Shown one piece after another: positions 21,401-30,217 of a stretch of DNA of 64,000 bases. The DNA lies in contig CAZPCY010000004.1 in assembly GCA_964585295.1 (NCBI GenBank), positions 1,674 through 65,673 of the forward strand. The letters are read 5' to 3'. Both the position numbers and the translations under genes were made by a program. The DNA is from an uncultured Candidatus Poseidoniales archaeon (GTDB taxonomy: Archaea > Thermoplasmatota > Poseidoniia > Poseidoniales > Thalassarchaeaceae). Numbering within the stretch: position 1 is the stretch's first letter; the number at the start of each line of letters is the position of its first letter. Under the pieces are notes generated by a model, which was not told the DNA's origin, made no database searches, and saw nothing but the letters and a program-made list of their open reading frames with translations.

Positions 21401-21810
21401 CGGTTCCCACAGGAGGCGGCGTCTACCTGACAGTGCGAGAGGGCGACAAGGATGGACTCATCCCTGTCGCACGTGAACTATCGGAGATGGGATTCCGACT
21501 CTTCGCGACATCTGGAACTGCGAACGCTCTCCGCGATCGTGGAGGGCTTTCCGTCGAGACGGCTTATCGAATCGCCGAGCAGCGTTCGCCTGACGCTCTC
21601 GATTTGATGAGGAGAGGCGAAATCGATCTCGTGATCAACACCCCCAGCAAGAGCGGCGGCGCCGTTCTCGATGGCAATATGATGCGCCGGCTTGCTGTCG
21701 AATTGAACATCCCGTTCGTTACGACCATGAACGGCGCCCGGATGGAGGTGCAGGCCATTTCAGTCGCTATGGATGGGATTCCTGAGCCTAGGACCCTTGC
21801 CGGGACTTGA
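18424..21810 (+). CDS. carB: Carbamoyl-phosphate synthase large subunit
   Basis: MPRRDDI..GSGPI.IGQAAEFDFSG, two ATP-grasp halves, MKSTGEVM twice, C-terminal MGS-like domain. Confidence 0.97.
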   Translation: MPRRDDIQRVMILGSGPIRIGQAAEFDFSGSQACRALRAEGYEVILVNSNPATIQNDPTMADRIYIEPLLPDVVRRILEIEAPDALLAGMGGQTALNIASSLAHDGSLAALGVELIGCDLQAIDDAEDRDRFKRVCEEIGLPVPRAIACGSIDEVLAAADEIGQYPILVRPAFTLGGLGGGTAWTMGELVEIASQGILHSRIDQVLVEESILGWQEHEYEVMRDAADNAIVVCTMENIDPMGVHTGESVVVAPQQTLSDRDHQMLRDAALRLIRRLDIKGGCNVQFAFDQTNGDYCVIEVNPRVSRSSALASKATGYPIARMAALIAVGYTLDELPNPITGEGTTAAFEPTLDYCVVKIPRWPFDKFRTADRRIGTSMKSTGEVMAIGRCFEEAFLKAIASLEVGEPHPRPLTLADEGDGEGRSERAAKPLPNEVLEEWLAVPTDRRMGALFEAFRRGWGVERVREISGGITRWFLHRFQRMAAVESEVVAAGTGGDAEPMIPAKIDEESMRRWKGAGMTDAHIADALAGFPAEGWRSLSGASSSLAVMERRHVLKVHPVYRMVDSCAAEFAAVTPYYYSTYEGGGTPSGVDRVPHPRKVDEEGNESRRIAVVGSGPIRIGQGIEFDYGCVHAVMAIRDAGCEAILINNNPETVSTDFDTSDRLYFDPLTLECTCEVLLREGADAILLQFGGQTAIDLALPIAERQNHLSSMGLDMVLAGTPPEAVDEASDRERFEAFAKRHSLRMPRGATGRTPDEVRAAVEEIGFPVLIRPSYVLGGRGMEILADESQLEAYMAEAFIDPEKPLLVDQYLGSAVELDVDAVSDGERVIIGAVMEHLEEAGIHSGDSTCFIPAQHISPEVLAEVEDWTERIGVELGIKGCFNIQFAIQKELLHVLEVNPRGSRTFPFVAKATGIPLARIAAQVALGNPLDSIEIPTVDTDLVCVKAPVFPFLKLRGLDPAPGPEMKSTGEVMGSHEDPAAAYLKARMATEIPVPTGGGVYLTVREGDKDGLIPVARELSEMGFRLFATSGTANALRDRGGLSVETAYRIAEQRSPDALDLMRRGEIDLVINTPSKSGGAVLDGNMMRRLAVELNIPFVTTMNGARMEVQAISVAMDGIPEPRTLAGT

Positions 21811-21871
21811 TTGCACCTACAGCAATCAATTCAATGGATTAAGCGCCACGGGGACGACGGTCTACCACGAC

Positions 21872-23314
21872 TCAGCAGGCTTCGTACGCCTCGATGATGT
21901 ATTGTGTGATTGGGCTGGTCCAAGCAAGATCGGAGAGCCCCGCTTCCCCATGTTCGGCATAGATCCGAACGACATCCTGCACCCTGACATTACCTTCAGC
22001 GGACCGTGCTAGAATCGTGCGCGGCTTGAGGACTTTGCCGGTTCCGTGGGGGTCGTAGACCGTGTCCAAAGCCTCTTCGAGGAACCAATTCTCCTTGTCT
22101 GCATCCGCTCCATCGAATGTTTTCGATTTTGCACCGCCGCCGAAAGAAATGGCTTGAGGCTTGGGTGCAGCGGGCTTCGGCTTCTCTTCTGGCTCCTGTG
22201 GTTCCTCAGCCTCTTCAACATCCTCATCCTTCGAATCAGGTAACGGTTCAGGCTCAGGCTCAGAATCTGGTTCGGGTTCCGGTTCGGGTTCCGGTTCGGG
22301 TTCCGGTTCGGGTTCTGGCTTGGGAGCGGCCTTCTTTGGTCGGAACGGTGTTCCGAATCCCGTGTTCCTTGAGACTCCTCCTGCCCTGCGACTGATTCCC
22401 CGTGCCGATACCATCTCGGCTCGCACCTCTTCCTCGATCTTCTCTCGCAGTGATTCCTCGATTTGAGGTGTGAGTTCCTCCGTCATCTCCTTCCGGATTT
22501 CCTGCATCACCTCTTCCCTGACCTTGTCGATGTCGGCGGAGTCTAGCTCCTCTTGGAGCTCCTTGATTTTCGCCTCCAACCCCCCAATCTCTTCTAGATG
22601 GTGAGCCGAAATTTGGATGCCTGAGGTCTCCATTGCAGCTTCGACCTGCAGTTGTACCACTTCCCCCGAGTGATCCCTCCACTTGCGCCATTGCAGCATC
22701 GTATGGGCGTGGATGTCTGAACCGCATTTTGGACAGAATGACTTGTTCGGAGGCTTGAGGACTGGGATGGCATGCAATTCCTCGCTGGTCAGGTGTTCTA
22801 TGCCGCCAGCGCTGATGTCGTGAACGTGGTGGCTTGCCTCCATCCCTAGTTCCAAGGCCATACGGTAAATCCGCACACCCATGTCGATCTTACCCGAGTC
22901 GACAAACGCCCATGCCGATGTCTCCCTAGACACCGCCGCGGCGGCAGCCGTTGCGGCCGCGTTCCTAGCGAGTCCGCCGGTCAAGGCGGCGAGCATGGCC
23001 CGGTCCTCATCTGTTCCAATCGAACCTCCCACCTCAGCCGCCGCTTGTGCGGCAGCGGCCTTGTTGGCTTCCTCCTCGCTCGCTACAGCAAGACCGAGGA
23101 CGATTGGATTCGCACCATCTTCGACTTTGGCGATGAGATCGAATTTCTCGGCCATCGAGATGTCCTGACGCGATCGGATGAGTTCCTTTAACTGGCGAAC
23201 ATCGTGACCGGTCGCCGTGATAGGGCCGATGACGGACAAGTCGTGTCCGCAAGCGAGACAGAACTTGACTGTCGCCTCCACCGGCGCCTCGCACGTCGGA
23301 CAGTGTACGGGCAT
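21872..23314 (-). CDS. Hypothetical zinc-ribbon / coiled-coil protein with Pro-Glu linker
   Basis: CPTC..CLAC at the N-terminus, internal FCPKCG, Glu-rich coiled coil, (PE)n tract. Confidence 0.7.
   Translation of the reverse strand: MPVHCPTCEAPVEATVKFCLACGHDLSVIGPITATGHDVRQLKELIRSRQDISMAEKFDLIAKVEDGANPIVLGLAVASEEEANKAAAAQAAAEVGGSIGTDEDRAMLAALTGGLARNAAATAAAAAVSRETSAWAFVDSGKIDMGVRIYRMALELGMEASHHVHDISAGGIEHLTSEELHAIPVLKPPNKSFCPKCGSDIHAHTMLQWRKWRDHSGEVVQLQVEAAMETSGIQISAHHLEEIGGLEAKIKELQEELDSADIDKVREEVMQEIRKEMTEELTPQIEESLREKIEEEVRAEMVSARGISRRAGGVSRNTGFGTPFRPKKAAPKPEPEPEPEPEPEPEPEPDSEPEPEPLPDSKDEDVEEAEEPQEPEEKPKPAAPKPQAISFGGGAKSKTFDGADADKENWFLEEALDTVYDPHGTGKVLKPRTILARSAEGNVRVQDVVRIYAEHGEAGLSDLAWTSPITQYIIEAYEAC
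22269..22316. repeat. Coding tandem repeat (GGTTCGGGTTCC)x~4 encoding (EP)n on the minus strand
   Basis: Directly visible 12-bp units. Confidence 0.9.
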
Positions 23315-23402
23315 CGCTAGCCGTCACGGTCCAGCCCCATATCAAGGGTGACGGTCAACAGACTTCGCATCCAACGATACCGTGGGTATCTAAATCGAGT
23401 CA

Positions 23403-24992
23403 TCAGGGCTCGATCTCAAATCGAAGCAGGCCGACCGACCTCTCTCGTCCGATCTCCGCCAGAATTGAAGCGAGACGAGGACCGTATTCGCAATCGAGCA
23501 CCATGCGATAAAGAAGCACGAACACACCTCTCAGAGGTCGCTCCATCTGCCTCGCTATCGAGCAGATCGCGTCGTTAATCGAATCCCCCTTCCATTCCAC
23601 GGTAGAGAGAGTATCCCGCAGGCGCCTAAGGTATTCTCGGTCATCAGCGCCCAGTTCCGAGAGCACCGCCTCGCTCGGCTCGTCGACGATCGTAAGCCGG
23701 AACTCTTCTGGGAAGTGATCGGATGCGATCCAAGAGCGCATCCTCGCCAATCTCATCTCCAACGATTGCGAAGGATTTCCACCTATGTGGCCGCTTAATC
23801 TGAGTGAATCCCAGACTCGATCATCATTCGATCTGATCTGTGCCAGTAACGCAAGATGCCTGAACGAGATACCGACCATCTCCACATCAACAGAAGCCGT
23901 TCGATTAACTTGCGAGAGTCGAATTTTGGCAGAGTCGACTTCGGCAGCGATTCGCTGCCTCCTGCTCATGCCATCAGTATCTTCACCGGAGGCGACCTTC
24001 TCGACAAGCCTTTCGTATTCGTCAGCCATCTCTATCAGAGCGCTCCCAGTGTCGAATTCGATGTGTCTAGCCGGCTTCGTGCGGGCAATCAGGTAGCGGA
24101 TAATCTCAGGTGGGACTAGATCGAGTGCCTCGATGGGGCCTATCGTAATCCCAGCGCTACTGGAGAAAGCGCCTGCCCCCTTGAGGACTATCCATTCGTA
24201 AGGAAGCGGTTGTGGAGCTGCGTGGCCGAATAACTCTGCTATCGGTGCAGCGGTGTCATAACTGCCACCAGCAGCGGCATGGTCCTTTCCGAACGGTTCG
24301 CATGTGATACCTAGGAAGCCCCATCTAGCCGGCCAGTCAAGACGCCAAGGCAGTTTCCCATCCGCTCGCCTGATGTCCGCGAATCCCGTGGCGCCAGAGT
24401 CGTCCTTCCAATGCACGATTGGATCCTCAAAGGATGTAATCGTCACTCCGTCGAGCGACCCCTCGGAGCCAATCGGTGAGTATGGTTGCCAATCCTCCGG
24501 GAGTTCACGCCCTGATCGATTCTCGATAACTGTGCGTATTCCTGCCGCATTCTCGAAGGAGAGCCGGATGGCCTCAGCGAACAGGCCATCCTCGTAAGAC
24601 TCATGGTTCATCACGACTTCAGGCTCGACACCGATTCGAGAGAGCGCGTCCAGAAAGGGGAGCAGGAAGTGGTCGGAGTAAGAGCCGCTTCCTGGATTCG
24701 GTCGGCCATCATCAGAAGGCGCAGGGATGGAGTGCAATGGGTGACCAATCCACCTCTCGTAGGATGGATCGAGGAAGTCATACACCCTGCGAAGTGGATC
24801 CATCGAGTCGACGATGAAGACGAATCTGGAATCGAGGCCTCGGTCGAGTGCAGCCCGGTGGATCATCTCCCCGGTGAGTATCTCCCTAAGATGTCCTATG
24901 TGGAATTCCCCCGAAGGCGTGATTCCGGCCGCTATCACACAAGGCTCTCCCCTCGCCTCCAGCAGAGAGGCGGTGTGGTCCGCCCAGTGCAT
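23403..24992 (-). CDS. lysS: Class I lysyl-tRNA synthetase
   Basis: MHWAD, GITPSGEFHIGH, GKLPWRLDWPARW, EPFGKDH, YEW, C-terminal GPRLA. Confidence 0.95.
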   Translation of the reverse strand: MHWADHTASLLEARGEPCVIAAGITPSGEFHIGHLREILTGEMIHRAALDRGLDSRFVFIVDSMDPLRRVYDFLDPSYERWIGHPLHSIPAPSDDGRPNPGSGSYSDHFLLPFLDALSRIGVEPEVVMNHESYEDGLFAEAIRLSFENAAGIRTVIENRSGRELPEDWQPYSPIGSEGSLDGVTITSFEDPIVHWKDDSGATGFADIRRADGKLPWRLDWPARWGFLGITCEPFGKDHAAAGGSYDTAAPIAELFGHAAPQPLPYEWIVLKGAGAFSSSAGITIGPIEALDLVPPEIIRYLIARTKPARHIEFDTGSALIEMADEYERLVEKVASGEDTDGMSRRQRIAAEVDSAKIRLSQVNRTASVDVEMVGISFRHLALLAQIRSNDDRVWDSLRLSGHIGGNPSQSLEMRLARMRSWIASDHFPEEFRLTIVDEPSEAVLSELGADDREYLRRLRDTLSTVEWKGDSINDAICSIARQMERPLRGVFVLLYRMVLDCEYGPRLASILAEIGRERSVGLLRFEIEP

Positions 24993-25001
24993 GGTGCTCC
25001 C

Positions 25002-25586
25002 TCAGATGCTGACAGCCCGAATCAGGCCGCGAAGCGGGATTCCTTCGATCTCGTTCTGTTCCGTCTTATTGACCAGCACTAGAAGGAGTTGAACATCCGC
25101 GCCAGCTGCTTTCAGTGCATCGACCGCGAGTCTTAGAGTAGCTCCAGAGGAGAGCACATCATCGACGATTGCGACCCTCCTTCCCGCGACGTTGCCGTAC
25201 TTGTTCGAAAGGTGTCCGCGACCATCTTCGTCCGCTCGTCGAAAGATCGCGATGTCACAGTCCAGATTATTCGCGAGCGATTGTGCGAAGATAATCCCGT
25301 TCAGACTGATTCCAACCACTGTATCGATTACTTCCGGACATTCTTCCTCGACGATGTCGGCTAGGATGACTCCGACCGCCTCCGTTCGAATCGGTCGCAC
25401 TCCGAGTGTCCGCCAGCCGATCCGCACATCGTCGGGATGTGATTCGGGTGCTGAAGTTGAGGTCGAGGAGAGCCAATTCACCGTCGTGCGGGACAATGAT
25501 AGCTCATCCGCAATCTGTTGGGTGTTCAAGCCACTGGCTTGAAGCTCCTCGACCTTCTCGCGGAGTTCGTCTATGCTCAGTGCCAT
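25002..25586 (-). CDS. Orotate phosphoribosyltransferase-like protein with N-terminal HTH (GfcR-like)
   Basis: GL...IADELSLSRTTV.WL HTH, D..I.W, PRPP motif AIVDDVLSSGAT. Confidence 0.85.
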   Translation of the reverse strand: MALSIDELREKVEELQASGLNTQQIADELSLSRTTVNWLSSTSTSAPESHPDDVRIGWRTLGVRPIRTEAVGVILADIVEEECPEVIDTVVGISLNGIIFAQSLANNLDCDIAIFRRADEDGRGHLSNKYGNVAGRRVAIVDDVLSSGATLRLAVDALKAAGADVQLLLVLVNKTEQNEIEGIPLRGLIRAVSI

Positions 25587-25777
25587 GGCAACGAAGGACT
25601 CTATCGCTAGCCCTCTTTCAAGTCACCGCTCCAACATCCTACACAACTCGCCAAAATTGATGCTCACACTGCCGCCGGAGAGGTTGGCAACCACCCTAAC
25701 TGAGTGGTGCCGATAGTCATGCGGCCATAATCCATGATTGCCCCCTAGCCAAGCGTCGATTGCGAATAGGGTGGAAG

Positions 25778-26230
25778 TCAGAATCGGCCAGTACTGCCGA
25801 ACCCACCGCCACCACGTTCGGTATCTCCTAGCGCGTTCGCCTCAACCTCGATGAACTCGACTTTTGGAACTGGGGCGATCACTAGTTGGGCGATTCTCTC
25901 TCCGGCCTCAACCGTGTATGAATGCCCTTCGCCTATCCAGGTCGCGAGCACTTGGATCTCACCTCTGTAGTCAGCATCTATGGTCCCAATTCCGTTAGGC
26001 ATCAAGAGCCCCTTCGCTCCGAGCGACGACCTCGCTCTAACCTGCCCTTCGTAACCCGCAGGGATGGCAAGGGCGATCCCCGTAGGAATCCTCTCTGACC
26101 GGCCTTTCCTTATCTCGACGCTGCGTAGTGCGTGGATATCCCAACCCGCGGCCATCGCACTTCCGCGTTCTGGCTCCTTGGCCGCCGGATCGAGTCGCAC
26201 GAAGCGGATCGGTACCGGTTCGGTGGCCAC
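25778..26230 (-). CDS. dut: dUTP diphosphatase (trimeric)
   Basis: AGWD, RSS, GTIDADYRGE, RIAQL, RGGGGFGSTG motifs. Confidence 0.95.
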   Translation of the reverse strand: MATEPVPIRFVRLDPAAKEPERGSAMAAGWDIHALRSVEIRKGRSERIPTGIALAIPAGYEGQVRARSSLGAKGLLMPNGIGTIDADYRGEIQVLATWIGEGHSYTVEAGERIAQLVIAPVPKVEFIEVEANALGDTERGGGGFGSTGRF

Positions 26231-26369
26231 GACATGTTGCCGGGCGTGATGGCCGATAGAATCGACGGTTACAGACTAGTGACTGATCTATTGGTGGCCA
26301 CACCTCAATCCAATCTCGGAACGGCATCGGACGTGGGGGTTGAAATGGGGGCGTTGAGTGGGCTAAGCG

Positions 26370-26780
26370 ATGAGCGAATTCGAGTACGACGCGCTCCTGA
26401 AGCGCGCCCGTGAAAAGATCCCCAAGGAGATCAGCGAGCGGTCTCGCTGGACGCTTCCCGAACCTGAGATCCTAATCGAAGGCAACCAGACCATCATCAG
26501 AAACTTCTCGGACATGGTCTCGGTCATGGACCGAGACGCCAATCATGTCTACCAGTTCATGCTCAACGAACTTGGTACCTCAGGGAATCGAGAGCAGCAC
26601 CGTGTTCTCCTGAAGGGAAGGATACCTCCGAAGAGGATCAAGGGCCGAATAGTGAATTACGTCAAGACATACATCCTGTGCGACCAGTGCAATGCACCTG
26701 ACACCCGGTTCATCAAGGAGGATCGAACCACGGTCCTGAAGTGCCAAGCGTGCGGCGCCACCAGACCGGTCAGGCTCTGA
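26370..26780 (+). CDS. eif2b: Translation initiation factor aIF-2 beta subunit
   Basis: YDALLKRA, EGNQTIIRNF, ELGT, CDQC..PDT..CQACGA Zn ribbon. Confidence 0.95.
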   Translation: MSEFEYDALLKRAREKIPKEISERSRWTLPEPEILIEGNQTIIRNFSDMVSVMDRDANHVYQFMLNELGTSGNREQHRVLLKGRIPPKRIKGRIVNYVKTYILCDQCNAPDTRFIKEDRTTVLKCQACGATRPVRL

Positions 26781-26826
26781 ATAGAGCGAATCCAATCGCG
26801 GTAATTCTACTGGAACATCGAGAGAT

Positions 26827-27186
26827 TCAACTGCCGTCTGTCGAATCCTCGAATCGCATCAAGCAGCGATCCGCGATACCCCCCCCACCTAGATGCGCGA
26901 GTATTGCGGGCAGATCCACCTCCGGTTCGCGTATCGAATACCAAATCCCTTCTGGATAGACGACGCAGGAAATGCCGTTCTCACAGAAATCGAGACACCC
27001 CGACTTCTGCACCCTGACGCCGGCAAGTGCATCCCCCTTGGCAGCGGTTTTCAGTTTCTTCATGATTGCCAAGGAGCCCTTCGCTCCACAAGATTCCCTG
27101 AGCGCATCCGAGGCGCGCTCATGTCCGCAGACGAACACGTGAATCCGATGGCCTGGCTCGTCTCTCCCCTTCGGATCGCTCGGCAT
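26827..27186 (-). CDS. Thioredoxin-like [2Fe-2S] ferredoxin
   Basis: HVFVC..R..SC, KSGCLDFCENG, VVYPEGIWY. Confidence 0.9.
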   Translation of the reverse strand: MPSDPKGRDEPGHRIHVFVCGHERASDALRESCGAKGSLAIMKKLKTAAKGDALAGVRVQKSGCLDFCENGISCVVYPEGIWYSIREPEVDLPAILAHLGGGGIADRCLMRFEDSTDGS

Positions 27187-27220
27187 GTCGTGGCGCTCGA
27201 AGTGGAAGGGTGATGAGTTT

Positions 27221-27550
27221 TCACGCCTGCAAGCGGTCGAGTTTCGCGGCCAGCACGAAGTCAGCTTCAGTCAACCCGCCGACGCTGTGCGTGTGGATCG
27301 AGGCCACGACCCTTCCCCAACCGACCTCGAAGTCGGCGTGGTGCCATTCATCCTCGCAGATCGAACCCGCTTCGACCACGAAGGCTAGCGCCGATTCAAA
27401 GTCCTCAAATGACCAACGCCTTTCGAGATGCTGTCCACCGATAACATCCCAGCACGCATCGAGATGGGCTTCAAACTCCAAGATTGACTCTTCTGGCAGG
27501 GGTGTATGGGCTCGCGGGAGGTCCCGGCATCGCTTCTCGTGCAGATCCAA
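27221..27550 (-). CDS. Pterin-4-alpha-carbinolamine dehydratase
   Basis: F.DF..AL.FV, E.HH.D, THSVGGLTEADF; TTG start 5 nt after GGGGTG SD. Confidence 0.9.
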   Translation of the reverse strand: MDLHEKRCRDLPRAHTPLPEESILEFEAHLDACWDVIGGQHLERRWSFEDFESALAFVVEAGSICEDEWHHADFEVGWGRVVASIHTHSVGGLTEADFVLAAKLDRLQA

Positions 27551-27554
27551 GGTA

Positions 27555-28007
27555 TCACCCCCACAAGTGGCTGTCGTCGTTCTCCTTGGTCTCCTTCTCG
27601 ACCTTCTCGTGCAACTTGGAACGCCTCTTGATATCCTCTCGCTCAAAGGTCAACAGTTCCTCGTCCTCGATGTACGGAGGACGAGTGTGGGCGATGAGTC
27701 GGACCTCGACGATGGCATCTCTGGCGATTGCGCGGAATCTCTCCTCCTCGTCGACGATTTCCAAGGAGGACTTGTGCGAACTGACGAGCCGCCCTCGGAT
27801 CCAAGGGTCATCTCCTTCAGGAAGTCCCCGGGCATCGAGGAGTATCTCGACGATGTCATCTCGACGCAGCCCGCTACGCCTATCCATCAAGGGTCCGTAG
27901 TGCTCGTCCCGGTACGCGTCGATGTCGGGTCGACCTAGGCGTTCCCATGCACTGACGGCCCAGTCCGGCAGATCCTCTGGTGGCTTCCTTCGTCCTCGGC
28001 GACTCAT
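27555..28007 (-). CDS. Hypothetical protein, possible Sm-like beta barrel
   Basis: 150 aa; VEILL..IRGRLV..LEIVD..IARDAIVEV pattern; appears translationally coupled to the dehydratase gene. Confidence 0.55.
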   Translation of the reverse strand: MSRRGRRKPPEDLPDWAVSAWERLGRPDIDAYRDEHYGPLMDRRSGLRRDDIVEILLDARGLPEGDDPWIRGRLVSSHKSSLEIVDEEERFRAIARDAIVEVRLIAHTRPPYIEDEELLTFEREDIKRRSKLHEKVEKETKENDDSHLWG

Positions 28008-28109
28008 CAGCACCCTTCGGGCGGCCACCTAATATCAAGCCCACCATGCTCGCTCGTCTACCTCTTACTTCAAGAGGGATAGGTGGCGCGGCTTTTCCGA
28101 GGGGATTCG

Positions 28110-29294
28110 ATGGCTGTCGTCGAGTGGCGCAGAATCCCTACCGTGCTTCGACCGGACGAACTAATCGACAAAGCATTCGGTCGTGCTTCCAAACAGTCCG
28201 GCCTCGTCGATGACCCAGACCGGTATCATAGGGTCAGGAAGCAGATGGTGCGGATGATTCAGAGCGCGACGGACACGCTTTCCACTACTTTGCGAGATTG
28301 GATCTCAAGGTGGCCTAGCCTCGACCAACTCAGCCACTTCGATGTTGCACTTATCGATGCTGCTGTCGGCTGTGATGCCTATCGGCAGAATCTCGGCGCG
28401 ATTCAGTGGGCGGCGGACCGGATTGACGCTTTCGGGCGGGATGGCCAGCGCAGAATCGCGAGGCAACGCCGTTTGGAAGCTTTCCACGAGACAAGGCGAG
28501 AGGTATACGGCAGATGCGTCTCGGTCTTAGATCAGATTGGCGCCCGAATCCTCTGGCTTGGGGAAGCGCGCGACACCATGCGGACTTTTCCTGAGATTGA
28601 TGCGACGGAACCTTGCATAGTTGTGGCCGGGGCACCGAATGTGGGTAAATCCGCCTTGATCGCCGCTCTATCCACTGGAGAGCCAGAGATAGCAGCTTAT
28701 CCGTTCACGACCAAGCGACTCCATGTCGGCCATTTCATCCACAGGCGGAGGATGCATCAATTGGTCGACACCCCTGGTCTGCTAGATCGGCCAATGGATG
28801 AGCGTAACGATATCGAGATGCAGGCCATAGCTGCTCTCAGCCATGTCGGTGATCTAGTGCTATTCCTATTCGATGTGACAGAGGAGAGCGGCACATCGAT
28901 TGAGGCTCAGAAATCGCTCAGAGAGGAGATCGAATCGATGCTCGGCGACACACCGATGTTGACCGTAGTAGGAAAGGCGGACCTCCTCGGGCTGGAAGGC
29001 TGGGACGAAGCGCATCATCAATTGTTGGAATTCCCATTGGAGAGGATTACAGACACCTCGGACGAGTCGTCCCTCGCAGATTCAGAACCAGTATTGGAAC
29101 ATCCAAGTCTCAAAGCCAGAGCGGTCAGCCCGGTCACGGGAGTAGGTCTCCGGCCGCTGAGATCCGCCATGGTCGAGTCTATCGGAGCAGTTGGGAAGGG
29201 CGATCGGTTGGTACTACCAGAAGGCTGGCATGTCCGCCGAATCGAGCCGAAGGAGCCTATCTTTGACGAACGTCCACAAAGAGACCGGTTGTAG
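28110..29294 (+). CDS. NOG1-family GTP-binding protein
   Basis: IPTV...ELIDKAF, GAPNVGKS, YPFTTK, DTPGLLDRP..ERN.IE, GKAD. Confidence 0.93.
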   Translation: MAVVEWRRIPTVLRPDELIDKAFGRASKQSGLVDDPDRYHRVRKQMVRMIQSATDTLSTTLRDWISRWPSLDQLSHFDVALIDAAVGCDAYRQNLGAIQWAADRIDAFGRDGQRRIARQRRLEAFHETRREVYGRCVSVLDQIGARILWLGEARDTMRTFPEIDATEPCIVVAGAPNVGKSALIAALSTGEPEIAAYPFTTKRLHVGHFIHRRRMHQLVDTPGLLDRPMDERNDIEMQAIAALSHVGDLVLFLFDVTEESGTSIEAQKSLREEIESMLGDTPMLTVVGKADLLGLEGWDEAHHQLLEFPLERITDTSDESSLADSEPVLEHPSLKARAVSPVTGVGLRPLRSAMVESIGAVGKGDRLVLPEGWHVRRIEPKEPIFDERPQRDRL

Positions 29295-29596
29295 TCTAAA
29301 ACAGCCAAATAAGAATAGTATTTCAAGCAGGCATGAATTCTATAGAAAAAACCTATGGCCCTAGAATATCGATAGCAACGCAGTCCATGAATCAGCATTC
29401 TCAATCGACATGCGTTACTTGGCCGCATACGACGCAGTAGAGGTTATGTCCTCCGTGGCTGATCTCCAATCCTCCGGCATCGAAAGCACTGCCACAACCG
29501 CGACATTTGATCGAATCCATGCTCATCCCTCACATTGCTCTGAATCGTGCCCGGTTATTCAACGCGACGCTGGTGAAATCACACCAACGACACCGC

Positions 29597-30178
29597 TCAT
29601 CGACTATTCTTGCGCCGTCTCTCGGAGAATGGGAAAGCCATCTCGAAGGCTGACATAAGTAGGATGGTGGCAGTAAGCGCGAGCAGTAACTCGATGAAGA
29701 TGCTGAATCCAACTTCAGCCCCCACCGTCACCTTCTGGGTACCCATATTCAGTGATCCTGACTTGCCTCCAGTGACGAAACGCACTTCTCCCGGCTTCCC
29801 GGATGCGGAAAACGAACCATCTGCATCCGGCCCCCCTGCAAGGAATGTGAAGTCTTCCGGTTGGCAATCAGTCATTCCGTTCTCATCAGGGGGGCAGCTC
29901 TCAGCAGCGCTCGCATCCACCATGCCGATCCAAGTCTGGTCGCTCCTCTCCCAATCGAGATTCAAATCGAGGTCGAGTAGTCCGAAGGCGAGTGGAAACT
30001 CTAGATCCTCTTCTGTCATCCCCACCGGACAGTCCTCAAACCCCGTCCCCCCACATGGGATGGTCGGGATTTCCATCTCGCTCTCTGGAAGTGGGATTCC
30101 AATCAGAGATACCAGCAGGAGCAGGCCACACAGGACCGCGGTCGCGGTCGGGAGGATCGACAGGACCCTGACCATCAT
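29597..30178 (-). CDS. Hypothetical membrane protein
   Basis: N- and C-terminal TMs around a Cys-pair-containing acidic domain. Confidence 0.6.
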   Translation of the reverse strand: MMVRVLSILPTATAVLCGLLLLVSLIGIPLPESEMEIPTIPCGGTGFEDCPVGMTEEDLEFPLAFGLLDLDLNLDWERSDQTWIGMVDASAAESCPPDENGMTDCQPEDFTFLAGGPDADGSFSASGKPGEVRFVTGGKSGSLNMGTQKVTVGAEVGFSIFIELLLALTATILLMSAFEMAFPFSERRRKNSR

Positions 30179-30217
30179 CGCTACCAATCCGAGGGCACAA
30201 GGATTCAACCATTGCGC

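Noticed and set aside
22117..22727. GS-, VPVR- and TRTG-repeat ORFs, or a CRISPR-like array
   Set aside because: These are alternative-frame readings of the (PE)n coding repeat; the units are contiguous 12-mers without spacers.
29410..29658. 82-aa ORF in the intergenic gap
   Set aside because: No recognisable motif and it overlaps the end of the convergent gene; unsupported, though not excluded.
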